From: an uncultured candidate division Zixibacteria bacterium
GTDB lineage: Bacteria > Zixibacteria > MSB-5A5 > UBA10806 > 4484-95
Length of the DNA: 64,000 nt
Reading direction: 5' to 3'
Assembly (NCBI GenBank): GCA_963668625.2
Contig: CAXXKA010000001.1
Coordinates: forward strand, 512,001 to 576,000
Shown piece by piece: positions 40,289 through 50,416 of this stretch. The position numbers and the translations under genes are program-made. Position 1 is the first letter of the stretch, and every line of letters starts with the position of its first letter. Under the pieces are notes generated by a model. The model was given only the letters and a program-made list of their open reading frames with translations. It made no database searches and was not told the origin of the DNA.

Positions 40289-42106
40289 ATGAAAAATTTA
40301 TACGCATTATTAATAGTACTGCTGCTGGCCCCAATCGTTCTACCGCAGGATTCGACATTCAATCATAGAGAGGTGTTCGAAACTATGCTTAACGAGGCTT
40401 TAATAGCCATAAAGCTTACTCCGGAGGACCTGGCCCAGCGGGATGATTACCTCGAAAAGGACGAGTACCGTCTGCAGCTTATAGACAGCGTGATGCACGC
40501 GCCGCTAACCATGCTCGATATCTCCGAGGAGCTTCTGGAGGGTAAGCTGCCGCAGTATTCGGATTATATCGGTTACAAGCTGAAAGATTTTTTCTTAACC
40601 GGCAATCCCCGCGATGTCGTTCGGAAATACACTCGTAAAAGCGGTATTGATGGTATTACCATGTACCGCCTGGCTTATTTCATGGCCGGCACTGAGCATA
40701 TGACTACACATCAATTATACGGTAACATTCACTCATCGCTGTTGGATTCGCTGATTTACGGGTTCACCCTGCTTTTAGAGGAGGATACGCTGGATGAGTT
40801 TCGAACGGTGGAGCAGCTTGACTCGATAGGCGCTTACGAGGAGGAGTGGACCAAGCAACTGACAAAAATCACCTATGGCGTATCGGCCGAGGTATTCGGC
40901 ATGATGGGACAATCGCTTCTGGATATTTTCAATGATGCAATCATAAATGATGAAAAGGCGCAGGAGTTCAAACGGGGTTACCTCGAGTTCAACACTAAAT
41001 ACGGCAAGGTGTGTATCGGGGATGATACGAAACAAAACTACTCTGGCGATATATTTATCGTGATAGATTACGGCGGGGATGACACCTACGATATCCGGAA
41101 ATCCGGTACCGGCAATTTCACGTACATATTAGATTACGGCGGTAACGATATATACCATCTACCTAAAAACCGCATTGCTCCATACGCCACCGGCGCGAAT
41201 CTCATAATCGATTTTAATGGTGATGACTATTACGATGCCGGTTCCTGGGCTTTAGGATCGGGATTCTTCGGAAGCGGTGTGCTCTGGGATAAAAGCGGCA
41301 ACGACCATTATTACGGCGATACTCACACCATGGGCGCGGGCTGTTTCGGCTACGGGCTTCTGCGTGATGACGCCGGTGATGATACCTATAACGCCGCCCT
41401 GTTCTCGCAGGGATTCGCGTTCGTGCGCGGAGTCGGTATTCTTCACGATATTGAGGGTAACGATCATTATTTCGCCGGAGGTAAATACAAGGATGTCCTT
41501 CGTTACGAGGATCATTTCCTGTCGCTGTCGCAGGGATTTGCTTACGGGCTGCGGCCGTATATGTCGGGAGGTGTGGGATACCTGATCGATAACGAAGGAA
41601 ATGACACATACGAGTCGGATATTTTCGGACAGGGCTGCTCCTACTGGTGGAGTCTGGGTATCCTTGCCGATGGTTCGGGCAACGATAAATACCTGTCGTT
41701 CCAATATGCGCAGGGAGCGGCGACTCACATGGCGCTGGGTACTCTTTATGACGCCTCAGGTGATGATTTCTATTTCTCCAAAGGCGTATCTCAGGGCTGC
41801 GGCCATGATCGTTCGGTTGGTTTGCTTTATGATATCTCCGGCAGCGATAACTATATGGCTTACGATCTCTCGCAAGGCGCGGGTTCGGCCAACGGTATAG
41901 GCTTGATAGCCGACCTTCGTGGTTTGGATGCCTACCTGGTGAAAAAAGACCACAATACGCAGGGTTACGGCAATCCCAGGCGGGATTACGGCTCTATCGG
42001 TGTATTAATCGATGCCGGCGGGGAGAAAGACACTTACGCCGGTGGTACGGCCGCCGATTCGACCTGGCATACCGGCTCTAGATGGGGAGTAAGTATCGAT
42101 GAGTAA
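40289..42106 (+). CDS. Secreted Gly/Asp-repeat (D..G.D.Y) beta-solenoid protein
   Basis: About 10 repeats of QG.G...G.G.L.D..GND.Y; signal peptide. Confidence 0.75.
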   Translation: MKNLYALLIVLLLAPIVLPQDSTFNHREVFETMLNEALIAIKLTPEDLAQRDDYLEKDEYRLQLIDSVMHAPLTMLDISEELLEGKLPQYSDYIGYKLKDFFLTGNPRDVVRKYTRKSGIDGITMYRLAYFMAGTEHMTTHQLYGNIHSSLLDSLIYGFTLLLEEDTLDEFRTVEQLDSIGAYEEEWTKQLTKITYGVSAEVFGMMGQSLLDIFNDAIINDEKAQEFKRGYLEFNTKYGKVCIGDDTKQNYSGDIFIVIDYGGDDTYDIRKSGTGNFTYILDYGGNDIYHLPKNRIAPYATGANLIIDFNGDDYYDAGSWALGSGFFGSGVLWDKSGNDHYYGDTHTMGAGCFGYGLLRDDAGDDTYNAALFSQGFAFVRGVGILHDIEGNDHYFAGGKYKDVLRYEDHFLSLSQGFAYGLRPYMSGGVGYLIDNEGNDTYESDIFGQGCSYWWSLGILADGSGNDKYLSFQYAQGAATHMALGTLYDASGDDFYFSKGVSQGCGHDRSVGLLYDISGSDNYMAYDLSQGAGSANGIGLIADLRGLDAYLVKKDHNTQGYGNPRRDYGSIGVLIDAGGEKDTYAGGTAADSTWHTGSRWGVSIDE

Positions 42107-43022
42107 ATTTATATACGCGGCTGTTCTGGTGTTGATAATATCAAGCTCGCCTTTTGCCCAGGATAAAGCTACCGATGCCGAGATCGTCGATTCGCTATTC
42201 ATGCGTGTTACCTCCGGTATGGTTATGTTCAAAGACCAGGTAGAGCCATCCCGGCTGGCGATAATAGGATTGGGTGAGCGAGCGATACCCCGGATGCTGA
42301 CCAAGCTAGATACCCGGAGCGCGAGGGAAACTCACGCGGTGGTTGATATTTTTAAAGGTATCGGTGAGACAGCCGTGCCCGCTCTCGTTAAAAAGTTAAG
42401 GTCTCGGGATGATTATGTGCGACGGTTAACGATCAGATGTCTGGGGGATATTAAAAGCCCTCTGGCAATTGATAGCTTGATGAGTTACGCCAAGCATGAG
42501 GACTACAGGACACGTTCCGGTGTGATGGACGCGCTTGGGCGTATCGGTGAAACTCGTGGCGCCAATACCGTAATGGCCGGCCTGCACGATCTCGATGAAC
42601 TGGTTGCTACCTCGGCGGCGGTTGCCTGCGGGCGAATAGTCGAGGGCATCGATCCGATGGCTCTTATAGAATCTCTGGGACATCCATACTACGGGGTGAG
42701 ATATAGCTCCATGAATTCGCTGGTGAAACTGGGGGAGACGGCGGTCGAGCCTCTCATATTTCATGTGGAAAACCATGAGCGTGATATCAGTATCGGTTAT
42801 GCTATCGAGGCGCTCGGCAAAATCAGCTCTAAGAAGGCTGTCAAGGTATTAAAGCAAACGATGAAATCGAACAGGTGGAACATTCGTGCGTATACGGCTC
42901 AGGCGCTGGGGGAGATTAATCAGGGCAAAGCGAAAAAGATACTCAAAAACGCGCTAAAAGAGGAAAACCATCCTCTCGTGATAAGTAAAATCAATGAATC
43001 ATTAGCCATGAATGATGATTAG
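42099..43022 (+). CDS. Exported HEAT-repeat protein
   Basis: Signal peptide; repeated VR..A..ALG.I; overlaps the upstream gene by 8 nt. Confidence 0.85.
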   Translation: MSKFIYAAVLVLIISSSPFAQDKATDAEIVDSLFMRVTSGMVMFKDQVEPSRLAIIGLGERAIPRMLTKLDTRSARETHAVVDIFKGIGETAVPALVKKLRSRDDYVRRLTIRCLGDIKSPLAIDSLMSYAKHEDYRTRSGVMDALGRIGETRGANTVMAGLHDLDELVATSAAVACGRIVEGIDPMALIESLGHPYYGVRYSSMNSLVKLGETAVEPLIFHVENHERDISIGYAIEALGKISSKKAVKVLKQTMKSNRWNIRAYTAQALGEINQGKAKKILKNALKEENHPLVISKINESLAMNDD

Positions 43023-43024
43023 TC

Positions 43025-44227
43025 ATGAGTCTCGATTCTAAGCTAAATATATATCTCAATCGTTCATCCACTAAAAAGAGCAAATCCAATGCGGTTAAAC
43101 TCCAACCGCCGCGCATGGGCTATATCAGGAGTACGAGCCTGGGCGATATCTGGGTGGTCGATTGGGAGTACGAACGAGGATATCTTCACGGAAAAACCGA
43201 ACTCGAATATGTCGAAAATATCCATGAGTTCATAGATCCCAAACTCACCCGATTCAATCCGGCTATGGCTACGGTTTTAGACACCGAAACCACCGGGCTT
43301 GCGGGGGGAACGGGTACCTATGCTTTTATCATGGGCGCGGGATTCTGGCGGGATGATAAGTTCATCGTTCGCCAGTATATGATGCGTGATTTCAACGAGG
43401 AACCTGCCCAGCTAACGGCCCTTACCGAGGATTTCACCGGCAGCGTTATCACCTATAACGGCAAATGTTTCGATATACCCCTTCTCACGAACCGTTTCCG
43501 TTTGCACCGTTTCGATTCGCCTTTCGAAAAGGCCGACCATCTCGATATGCTTTTCCCCTCGAGGAGAATCTGGAAACATCGTTTGCCGGGTTTCAAACTT
43601 ACGGCAATGGAGTGTAACGTTCTGGGGTATGCCCGGGATGGCGATATTCCCTCGCATCTGATACCCTCGATATTTTTCGACTACCTTCAATCACATAATG
43701 AGGAATTGCTCTACCCGATACTTCACCATAATCGGGATGATATCTTAAGCCTGTATATGCTTGCCTGTATCGCCTCGAAAACTGTCAGCGACTGTTTCGA
43801 GATCGGTTCAAATGATGATGCGGTATTATTATCCCTGGCCGAGGCTTACTTCAATCAGGGTAACTACGAGTCGGCTATTGGCCTGATAGATAAAATTAAA
43901 TTCGAATTTGCCTCCAAAGATATCGCTAAACAGGCCTCGAGAATAAAAGCGTTATCGTATAAAAAAACAGGCGACTGGGAACGCGCTGCGCAGGCTTTTT
44001 CCGGGATGAACGATATAGAGCCGGAGATTTTCTCGGCCATAGAGTTAGCCAAATTGTACGAACACAAAATGAAAGATCCCGTGCGGGCGCTGGAGATCGT
44101 GAAACAGGCTGAATCGCTGTTGGAATTACTCGATTACATGGGGATTGACACCGCGAAAACGCGGCAAGAATTAGATCATAGAAAAAACAGACTACGTAGT
44201 AAAGTAAGCCGCCTGTTACATATTTAA
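43025..44227 (+). CDS. RNase H-like (YprB/MrfB-type) exonuclease with C-terminal TPRs
   Basis: LDTETTGLAGGTGT, TYNGKCFDIP, HNRDDILSL, ELAKLYEH. Confidence 0.85.
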   Translation: MSLDSKLNIYLNRSSTKKSKSNAVKLQPPRMGYIRSTSLGDIWVVDWEYERGYLHGKTELEYVENIHEFIDPKLTRFNPAMATVLDTETTGLAGGTGTYAFIMGAGFWRDDKFIVRQYMMRDFNEEPAQLTALTEDFTGSVITYNGKCFDIPLLTNRFRLHRFDSPFEKADHLDMLFPSRRIWKHRLPGFKLTAMECNVLGYARDGDIPSHLIPSIFFDYLQSHNEELLYPILHHNRDDILSLYMLACIASKTVSDCFEIGSNDDAVLLSLAEAYFNQGNYESAIGLIDKIKFEFASKDIAKQASRIKALSYKKTGDWERAAQAFSGMNDIEPEIFSAIELAKLYEHKMKDPVRALEIVKQAESLLELLDYMGIDTAKTRQELDHRKNRLRSKVSRLLHI

Positions 44228-44312
44228 CCGATATAATATTTTTTTTTGTTAATCATATAATTCATATATTGAATGAATCTCTGAAGCCGATAAAACTAGT
44301 GGGTATCAAATT

Positions 44313-45596
44313 ATGGTTAAACTACAGACTAAGATAAGTAAATTTGTCCAAATTCATACGATTCCTAATGTAATCGTTGCGTTACTGGAAGAGCTGGAAA
44401 GTGAAAATTCCAATTCAGCCTCAATCGCCAGGATAATCAAAAACGATATCTCCTTAACGGCTAAGCTGTTAAGGGTGGCCAATTCACCTTTCTATCGCCG
44501 CCAGTCTGATATTTCTTCAATCGACCAGGCGGTTACTAATCTGGGTTTGAAAGCAGTCAAGGCTCTTGCGCTTTCAGTATCTATGTTTGAAATAACGCAG
44601 GGACAGGAGTCGGATATAATCAATCTGGCCGATTTTTGGCATCATAATCTTGAGGTCTCGGTAATCGCCCGCGGTTTTGCCGAAAAAATCGGCGGTATTC
44701 AGCCTGAGGAGGCATTTATCTGTGGGATGCTTCATGACCTTGGTATTCTGTTTTTTGTCCAGGAATTCCAGGAGGAATACTCACAGGTTTTAAGATTGTA
44801 CAAATCGGGACGGACTTACGAGGAGGCTGAGATCGAGGTAATCGGTATGAGCCATTCCGAGGCTGGCGCCCGAATCGCTGCCGCCTGGAGATTACCGCAG
44901 TTAATTCAGGAAAGCATAGCAAACCATCATAGAAAAGATAATCCGATTAATCCCGATGAAAAGACAGAGATATGGCAGATTATCAATCTGGCTCATCGCT
45001 ATTGCCGCACCGGTCTGGATATCGAACCGAAAGTCTCAGCCGAGGCAATCGAAAACCGTCATGATTGTGCCACGGCAGCAGGACTTAACACGGAGACCAC
45101 CTGCCAGGTACTGGCCATGGTGCCGGAGATGATAATCGAGTCGGCGTCATTCCTCGATGTTGATATTGGCGATCCGATCGAGATTTTAAAGAAAGCCAAC
45201 GAGCAACTCGGCAGGGTTTACGAGGAATACGAGGAAGCCATTGTCGAGAACGAGTATTTGCAAGCGAAAATTTTAGAGCAGGAAAGACATCGTGTAGCCC
45301 TGGAATCTCTGCGCACGACTCTGGCTACGTTCTCTCATTATGTCAACAACGCCACCGCCGCGATTATCGGCAGGGCGCAAATACTGGATCTGTACCTCGG
45401 GCAGGGTAAGCTGGAGGATCCAGACGGAAAGATCAGTCACTCGATAAAGATAATCTCCGAATCGGTAGATACCATATGCGCGGTACTGGATGAGTTGAAA
45501 GAGTTCCCCGAGTTCAAGACCGTTGCTTATCACGGTTCCTCTCGTATTCTCGATATTGACAAAAATATAAAAGCCAGACTTGGTCGCCTGGCTTAG
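44313..45596 (+). CDS. HDOD domain protein with a C-terminal HisKA-like segment
   Basis: LLRVANSPFY, GMLHDLG, SHSEAGARIAAAWRLP; C-terminal FSHYVNNATAAIIG. Confidence 0.85.
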   Translation: MVKLQTKISKFVQIHTIPNVIVALLEELESENSNSASIARIIKNDISLTAKLLRVANSPFYRRQSDISSIDQAVTNLGLKAVKALALSVSMFEITQGQESDIINLADFWHHNLEVSVIARGFAEKIGGIQPEEAFICGMLHDLGILFFVQEFQEEYSQVLRLYKSGRTYEEAEIEVIGMSHSEAGARIAAAWRLPQLIQESIANHHRKDNPINPDEKTEIWQIINLAHRYCRTGLDIEPKVSAEAIENRHDCATAAGLNTETTCQVLAMVPEMIIESASFLDVDIGDPIEILKKANEQLGRVYEEYEEAIVENEYLQAKILEQERHRVALESLRTTLATFSHYVNNATAAIIGRAQILDLYLGQGKLEDPDGKISHSIKIISESVDTICAVLDELKEFPEFKTVAYHGSSRILDIDKNIKARLGRLA

Positions 45597-45641
45597 AATT
45601 TCCTGGGGATTCACTCCCACATTTTAATCAGCTTAAGTTTT

Positions 45642-46895
45642 CTAGAAAACCACTACTCCCAAATTCTCATTTTCATCGTCATCGTAGATATACTGTGTAT
45701 CTATAGTAGTGGAATCCGATGAGGGCCAGGTGTTACCCTGCGCGCTGATCGTGTTTGGGGATAAATTGTAAAAACACCATGTTGTCAGAGCGGAGAAGTC
45801 GTTGTCACCGCCGCTAACTCCCTCTAAATCAGCGTTGCCGCTATTTAATACGCCTATGGAATCGATATTCGCGAAAGTTGTACCGAGTAAAAATCCGAAA
45901 CTACCCTCACTAATAAAAACGCCGATATTCGCACCATCGATGGATACCGAGTTGAGATCAAGTGTGCTGGTAATAGGATCGATCAGGTTTATGGCGATCG
46001 AATCTATATCGGTAAACCTCGTGCCGGTCAGTATCGCTTTATCACCGGGTTCATCCACAACGAATCCGTAAACACAGTTCCGGACATTGACACCCGTGAA
46101 TTTAATGTTAGTAGATTGGCCGGATTTGATTGCCGCCGTATGAACGTTTTCGATTACGATATTCTGGGTTTTCAGAGTATCGATACCGTCCGTATAATCG
46201 GGATTCTCCGGGTCACCGAATTGTACTCCGATTCCCTGCTTGTTCAATCCTCTAATGGTGAGATTCTCGATATATGAATTTTCATACCTGAACCTGAAAG
46301 CAGCTTGATTGGATGGGGGTTGAACGATTGTCTGGCTGGTATCCGCACCCTTAACTCCGACCTCATCCCTGGGAATCAGCGGGAATGTTTCGCCATCGTT
46401 ATAAGTACCGGCGGCAACCCTGACAATTTGTCCCTGAATCGCTTTTGCCAGACCTTGTGTGATGGTTCTGTAAGGATGAGCTATCGTGCCTTTTCCGGTG
46501 GCGTCATCACTGGCCGAATCGACATACACTAAATACCGATCGCGGATAGTCAAGTTGATCGAATCGCTTTTAGTAGTGTCAACCTGGCTTACGGCCTTGA
46601 GCCAAATATCATCTATGGTAACCGAATTTTGCTCGTTCAGATAAACCGAGTTCGAATCTATAGTGCCGAGAGTATCGTTGCCGTTTTCAATACCATTTAT
46701 ATACCATTTCACGGTCGTGTCGGTAGTAACATACACATGGAACGTTAATTGATAGGGTTCATTGTAAAATACCGTAGCAGTATCATTAACAATAAATACG
46801 AACAATTCTTCTTCGACTTGTACGATGTCATCATCGCCACAACCCATGATAACGAATATACTTAGAAGAATAGCTAAGAAAACTGCCTTTTTCAT
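45642..46895 (-). CDS. Lipoprotein with DUF1565-like / parallel beta-helix domain
   Basis: Lipobox IMGC; GTIAHPYRTITQGL..VAAGTY..GETFPL. Confidence 0.75.
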   Translation of the reverse strand: MKKAVFLAILLSIFVIMGCGDDDIVQVEEELFVFIVNDTATVFYNEPYQLTFHVYVTTDTTVKWYINGIENGNDTLGTIDSNSVYLNEQNSVTIDDIWLKAVSQVDTTKSDSINLTIRDRYLVYVDSASDDATGKGTIAHPYRTITQGLAKAIQGQIVRVAAGTYNDGETFPLIPRDEVGVKGADTSQTIVQPPSNQAAFRFRYENSYIENLTIRGLNKQGIGVQFGDPENPDYTDGIDTLKTQNIVIENVHTAAIKSGQSTNIKFTGVNVRNCVYGFVVDEPGDKAILTGTRFTDIDSIAINLIDPITSTLDLNSVSIDGANIGVFISEGSFGFLLGTTFANIDSIGVLNSGNADLEGVSGGDNDFSALTTWCFYNLSPNTISAQGNTWPSSDSTTIDTQYIYDDDENENLGVVVF

Positions 46896-46991
46896 TTTAT
46901 TTCCTTTCATTCTCTAAATTCTATATTAAACTCTCGGCCAATATAGTATTTAGTTTATACAAAATCAAAGTAAAAAGGTTTCTTAAGATTA

Positions 46992-47561
46992 TCAGTTGTT
47001 CTCGTTTGCCTCTATCGCCTCGATCTGACTTTTAATGAATTTCGCCTGCTTCGATTCGGGCTCGATCTCGATAAATTTCCTCCAGGCCGCGATAGCCTCC
47101 ACCGGTTCATTCATACCGGCCATCAGGATGAAACCTTTATTGAACCAGGCCTGGCCCAAATTGGGTTCGAGGTTTATTGCCTTTTCCAAATACTCCAGCG
47201 CTTTCTCACTGTTTCCCTCACGAAAATGCATAACCGCACAATCGGTTAATATATCGGCCTGATCCGGTTCGATTTCCAGCGCTTTCTCATAATAAACTAT
47301 CGCCGAATCGGATTGGTTCAAATCGTAATTCAAATTTGCTATCTTGATGATTGTCTGAAGATTTTCGGGATCTTCGTCAAGCGCCGCTTTAAACGAGGCT
47401 AACTCCTCCTGCATCTTGTCCGATCCATCATCCTCCATAGCCATATTAGAGCCATGCGGCATCACCGTATTATCTTTTCCATTCATATAGAAGAATACGG
47501 CAATGGCGGCTATAAGAAAAAAAATAGAAAACTGTATCAACTTACGGTACGATTCACTCAT
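46992..47561 (-). CDS. Membrane-anchored TPR protein
   Basis: N-terminal TM helix plus three TPRs. Confidence 0.85.
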   Translation of the reverse strand: MSESYRKLIQFSIFFLIAAIAVFFYMNGKDNTVMPHGSNMAMEDDGSDKMQEELASFKAALDEDPENLQTIIKIANLNYDLNQSDSAIVYYEKALEIEPDQADILTDCAVMHFREGNSEKALEYLEKAINLEPNLGQAWFNKGFILMAGMNEPVEAIAAWRKFIEIEPESKQAKFIKSQIEAIEANENN

Positions 47562-47811
47562 TAGCTAATTCCTTCAGTTTATGACCTTTAAACAAGAATA
47601 AACCCCTTACTATCCTTAAAATGTTTCAATAAAATATCAATCTTAGTAATCATAATTATCCGCTGTTTGTCAAACTCTATTTATCATGGGGCTTGCTTTA
47701 TGTCCTCTACGAGGTTATTTTCAAAATGCTATAGCCAATAATTATAGTTCGGATTGTTATTAATAAAACCGGGCAAACCACGATGACGGTGATAACGGAT
47801 AGGGGAGATAG

Positions 47812-48714
47812 CTGGTTAAAACTGGAAAAGTAATCGCTGCTTTTGGCAAGCATATAAAGATATTTCATGAGGGCCGGGAGTATGACGGCCTCCTCAGAGG
47901 GAAACTTCTTAAAGAGAAACTCGATAGCTCCCCGGTGGCAGTCGGCGATAATGTCGAGATATCCATAGACAGCGATGGACAAGCGATAATCGAAACCGTT
48001 CTCCCGCGCAAACAATATCTATCACGCCCCGATAAAATAACACCCGAAAGGCGTCAGGTAATAGCAACCAACCTCGATCAACTGGTGGTGGTGACCTCGG
48101 CCAGCCAACCGCAATTCAAATCGGGCCTCATCGACCGTTTCCTGGTCAGCGCCGAGCGCGAGAATTTGCCGGCGGCAGTGGTCATAAATAAAATAGATTT
48201 GAAAGAGCCGATATATTTCACAGACTACGTCGAATCGTGGCGCAAGGCAGGCTATACCGTACTGTTTACCTCCGCCAAAAAACGTTTGGGTTTGGATGAG
48301 TTCAAAAAGCTTCTCGAAAAGAAATCCTCGGTATTAACCGGCCATTCTGGAGTAGGTAAATCCACGTTGATCAATTCGATTCAACCTCAACTTGATCTGA
48401 AAACCAAAGATGTTTCACGATTCACGGGCAAGGGAGTACATACCACCACCGCGGTGATTATGTATCCCCTGGATGTCGAAGGCTGGATCGTCGATACCCC
48501 GGGATTGAAAATTTTCAGTTTAACCGATATAGAAAAAAACGAAATGGCCGATTACTTCCCCGAAATAAGGGAACTCGCGCCGGGCTGTCGTTTTGATGAT
48601 TGCAATCATATCAGCGAACCCAATTGCGCGGTTAAACAAGCAGTCGGCGAGGGCAGGCTGTTCGAGGGGCGTTATGCAAGTTATAAAAAACTTTGGGAAC
48701 AGTTAGCTAAGTGA
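47812..48714 (+). CDS. rsgA: Small ribosomal subunit GTPase A; probable CTG start
   Basis: NKID, GHSGVGKST, HTTT, DTPG, CRFDDCNH..EP.C; frame is open back to CTG 47812, just after an AGGGGAG RBS. Confidence 0.93.
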   Translation: MVKTGKVIAAFGKHIKIFHEGREYDGLLRGKLLKEKLDSSPVAVGDNVEISIDSDGQAIIETVLPRKQYLSRPDKITPERRQVIATNLDQLVVVTSASQPQFKSGLIDRFLVSAERENLPAAVVINKIDLKEPIYFTDYVESWRKAGYTVLFTSAKKRLGLDEFKKLLEKKSSVLTGHSGVGKSTLINSIQPQLDLKTKDVSRFTGKGVHTTTAVIMYPLDVEGWIVDTPGLKIFSLTDIEKNEMADYFPEIRELAPGCRFDDCNHISEPNCAVKQAVGEGRLFEGRYASYKKLWEQLAK

Positions 48715-49023
48715 TAAAAAAGCAATACAATAAAGTAAAAATACAATTAAATAAAAACCGTACTTTTGGTTGCGAAAAACATGCATTTTCTAATAGGTTT
48801 TGTATCAAGGGGTTATATTTATTGCTGTTGAAAATCAAATGATGTGATGTAACTATAAGTATATCAATATGTTAAGTGATATGAAAAAATAGAGACGCAG
48901 TGTCAGAAAAGACTTGACGGCCTATGCGCAAATTATTATCTTGCCAAAGGTTAAGAGAATTTACATGATAATTTTTGAGGTTTTAATTTGATAAATTTGT
49001 CTGCGGAAAGGGGGGTTGAATGA

Positions 49024-49206
49024 ATGACAGGCGTCCAGGTACGTGAAACCGAGGCTTTTGAGAAAGCGTTAAGACGGTTTACGAAAACCTGCGAGAAGGC
49101 CGGAATCTTATCTGATATTAAAAAACATCAGCACTTTGAGAAACCGTCCGACCGCAGAAAACGTAAGCTAAACGCTTCTCGTCGTAAGCAAAGGAAAAGA
49201 AACTAA
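49024..49206 (+). CDS. rpsU: 30S ribosomal protein S21
   Basis: FEKALRRF...HFEKPS..RKRK. Confidence 0.95.
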   Translation: MTGVQVRETEAFEKALRRFTKTCEKAGILSDIKKHQHFEKPSDRRKRKLNASRRKQRKRN

Positions 49207-49227
49207 TTAGAGATTGGCGATTTGTTT

Positions 49228-49674
49228 ATGGGACTAGCCGAAACTATTACCAACGATATAAAGACCGCCATGAAAAGTGGTGATAAGGTTACCCTTAATG
49301 TCTTAAGGATGCTCAAGTCCGATTTCAAATACAAGGAGATCGAATTGGGCAGGGAGATGACAGAGGATGATTTTATGGCTGTCGTGAATAGTTCCGCTAA
49401 GAAGCGCCGTGACGCTATGGTCGAATACGAACGTGGTGGTCGGGCTGATTTGGTCGCCAAGGAAAAAGCCGAGCTGGATGTTCTGGTCAAGTACCTTCCG
49501 CAGCAGCTTTCCGAGAAGGAATTAGAGCAGATTATTGAAGAGGCAATCGCCGAGTGCGGTGCCTCTACGCCGGCAGAAATCGGTAAGGTTATGAAAACCG
49601 TAATGCCCAGAGTTAAAGGGCGCGCCGATGGCCGTGTGATAAACGAGCTTGTCTCGAGTAAACTGAATAAATAA
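49228..49674 (+). CDS. yqeY: GatB/YqeY domain protein
   Basis: DIKTAMK, YLPQQLSE, IGKVMK, GRADG; follows rpsU. Confidence 0.9.
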   Translation: MGLAETITNDIKTAMKSGDKVTLNVLRMLKSDFKYKEIELGREMTEDDFMAVVNSSAKKRRDAMVEYERGGRADLVAKEKAELDVLVKYLPQQLSEKELEQIIEEAIAECGASTPAEIGKVMKTVMPRVKGRADGRVINELVSSKLNK

Positions 49675-49693
49675 TATACCAGTTGGAGGGGGT

Positions 49694-50377
49694 ATGAATT
49701 GGGTCGATTTCTTTATTGGCGTTGTACTAGTTCTCACTGTATTTGTCGGCTATAAGAGAGGTTTATTCCGGGAGCTAACCACGTTCGCGGGTTTGGTAAT
49801 CGCCGTTATAGTCTCGATAAATTACGCCGACTGGCTTGCTTTTCAGATGGAAAGCGCTATCAAGATCGCGCCGACTTTGCGTTACGTGTTGGCCGTGGTA
49901 GTGTGTTTCATCGGATGCATGCTTATTTTCAAACTAATCGGTTACTATTTCTACAAGATGGTGAAATTAAGCCCGCTGAAATTTCCCGACAAAATAGGCG
50001 GAGCTGTATTTGGCGCGTTCAAGGGAAGCGTTATTCTTTCGCTGGTCTTTCTGATGTTCATTTTCTTTCCGGTATTTCAATCGTTTAACCAGCTTATAGA
50101 TGAGTCGATTTTAGCGCCGTACGTTCGCCAGGTGGTGCCGATGACATTCGATTACACCGATTATTTCCATCCGGAAAGCGGTGAATTCATGGACAAGGTC
50201 ATGTCGGGGGTGCTGGGTTCGCAGATTACCGAGTATTCGAAAAAACCCGAGTCTCTTCTGGACGAGGAAAAAGCGCTCGGCTTTACACTGGAAGACCTTC
50301 GTGTTTTAAACAACATCGATAAATACTTTGGCGAGGAAGTCGAAGTCGCCACCAACGGGGCAAAAGATCTTAAATAA
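49694..50377 (+). CDS. cvpA: CvpA family protein
   Basis: MNWVD...GYKRGLFRE...DKIGGAVFGAFKG. Confidence 0.85.
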   Translation: MNWVDFFIGVVLVLTVFVGYKRGLFRELTTFAGLVIAVIVSINYADWLAFQMESAIKIAPTLRYVLAVVVCFIGCMLIFKLIGYYFYKMVKLSPLKFPDKIGGAVFGAFKGSVILSLVFLMFIFFPVFQSFNQLIDESILAPYVRQVVPMTFDYTDYFHPESGEFMDKVMSGVLGSQITEYSKKPESLLDEEKALGFTLEDLRVLNNIDKYFGEEVEVATNGAKDLK

Positions 50378-50416
50378 TTTTCGTAAGGAGGGAAAGCTTT
50401 ACAGCCCGCTTGATGT

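Noticed and set aside
47771-47800. GGGCAAACC resembling the start of a c-di-GMP-I riboswitch
   Set aside because: The GAAA tetraloop stem and GACGCAAAG core are missing
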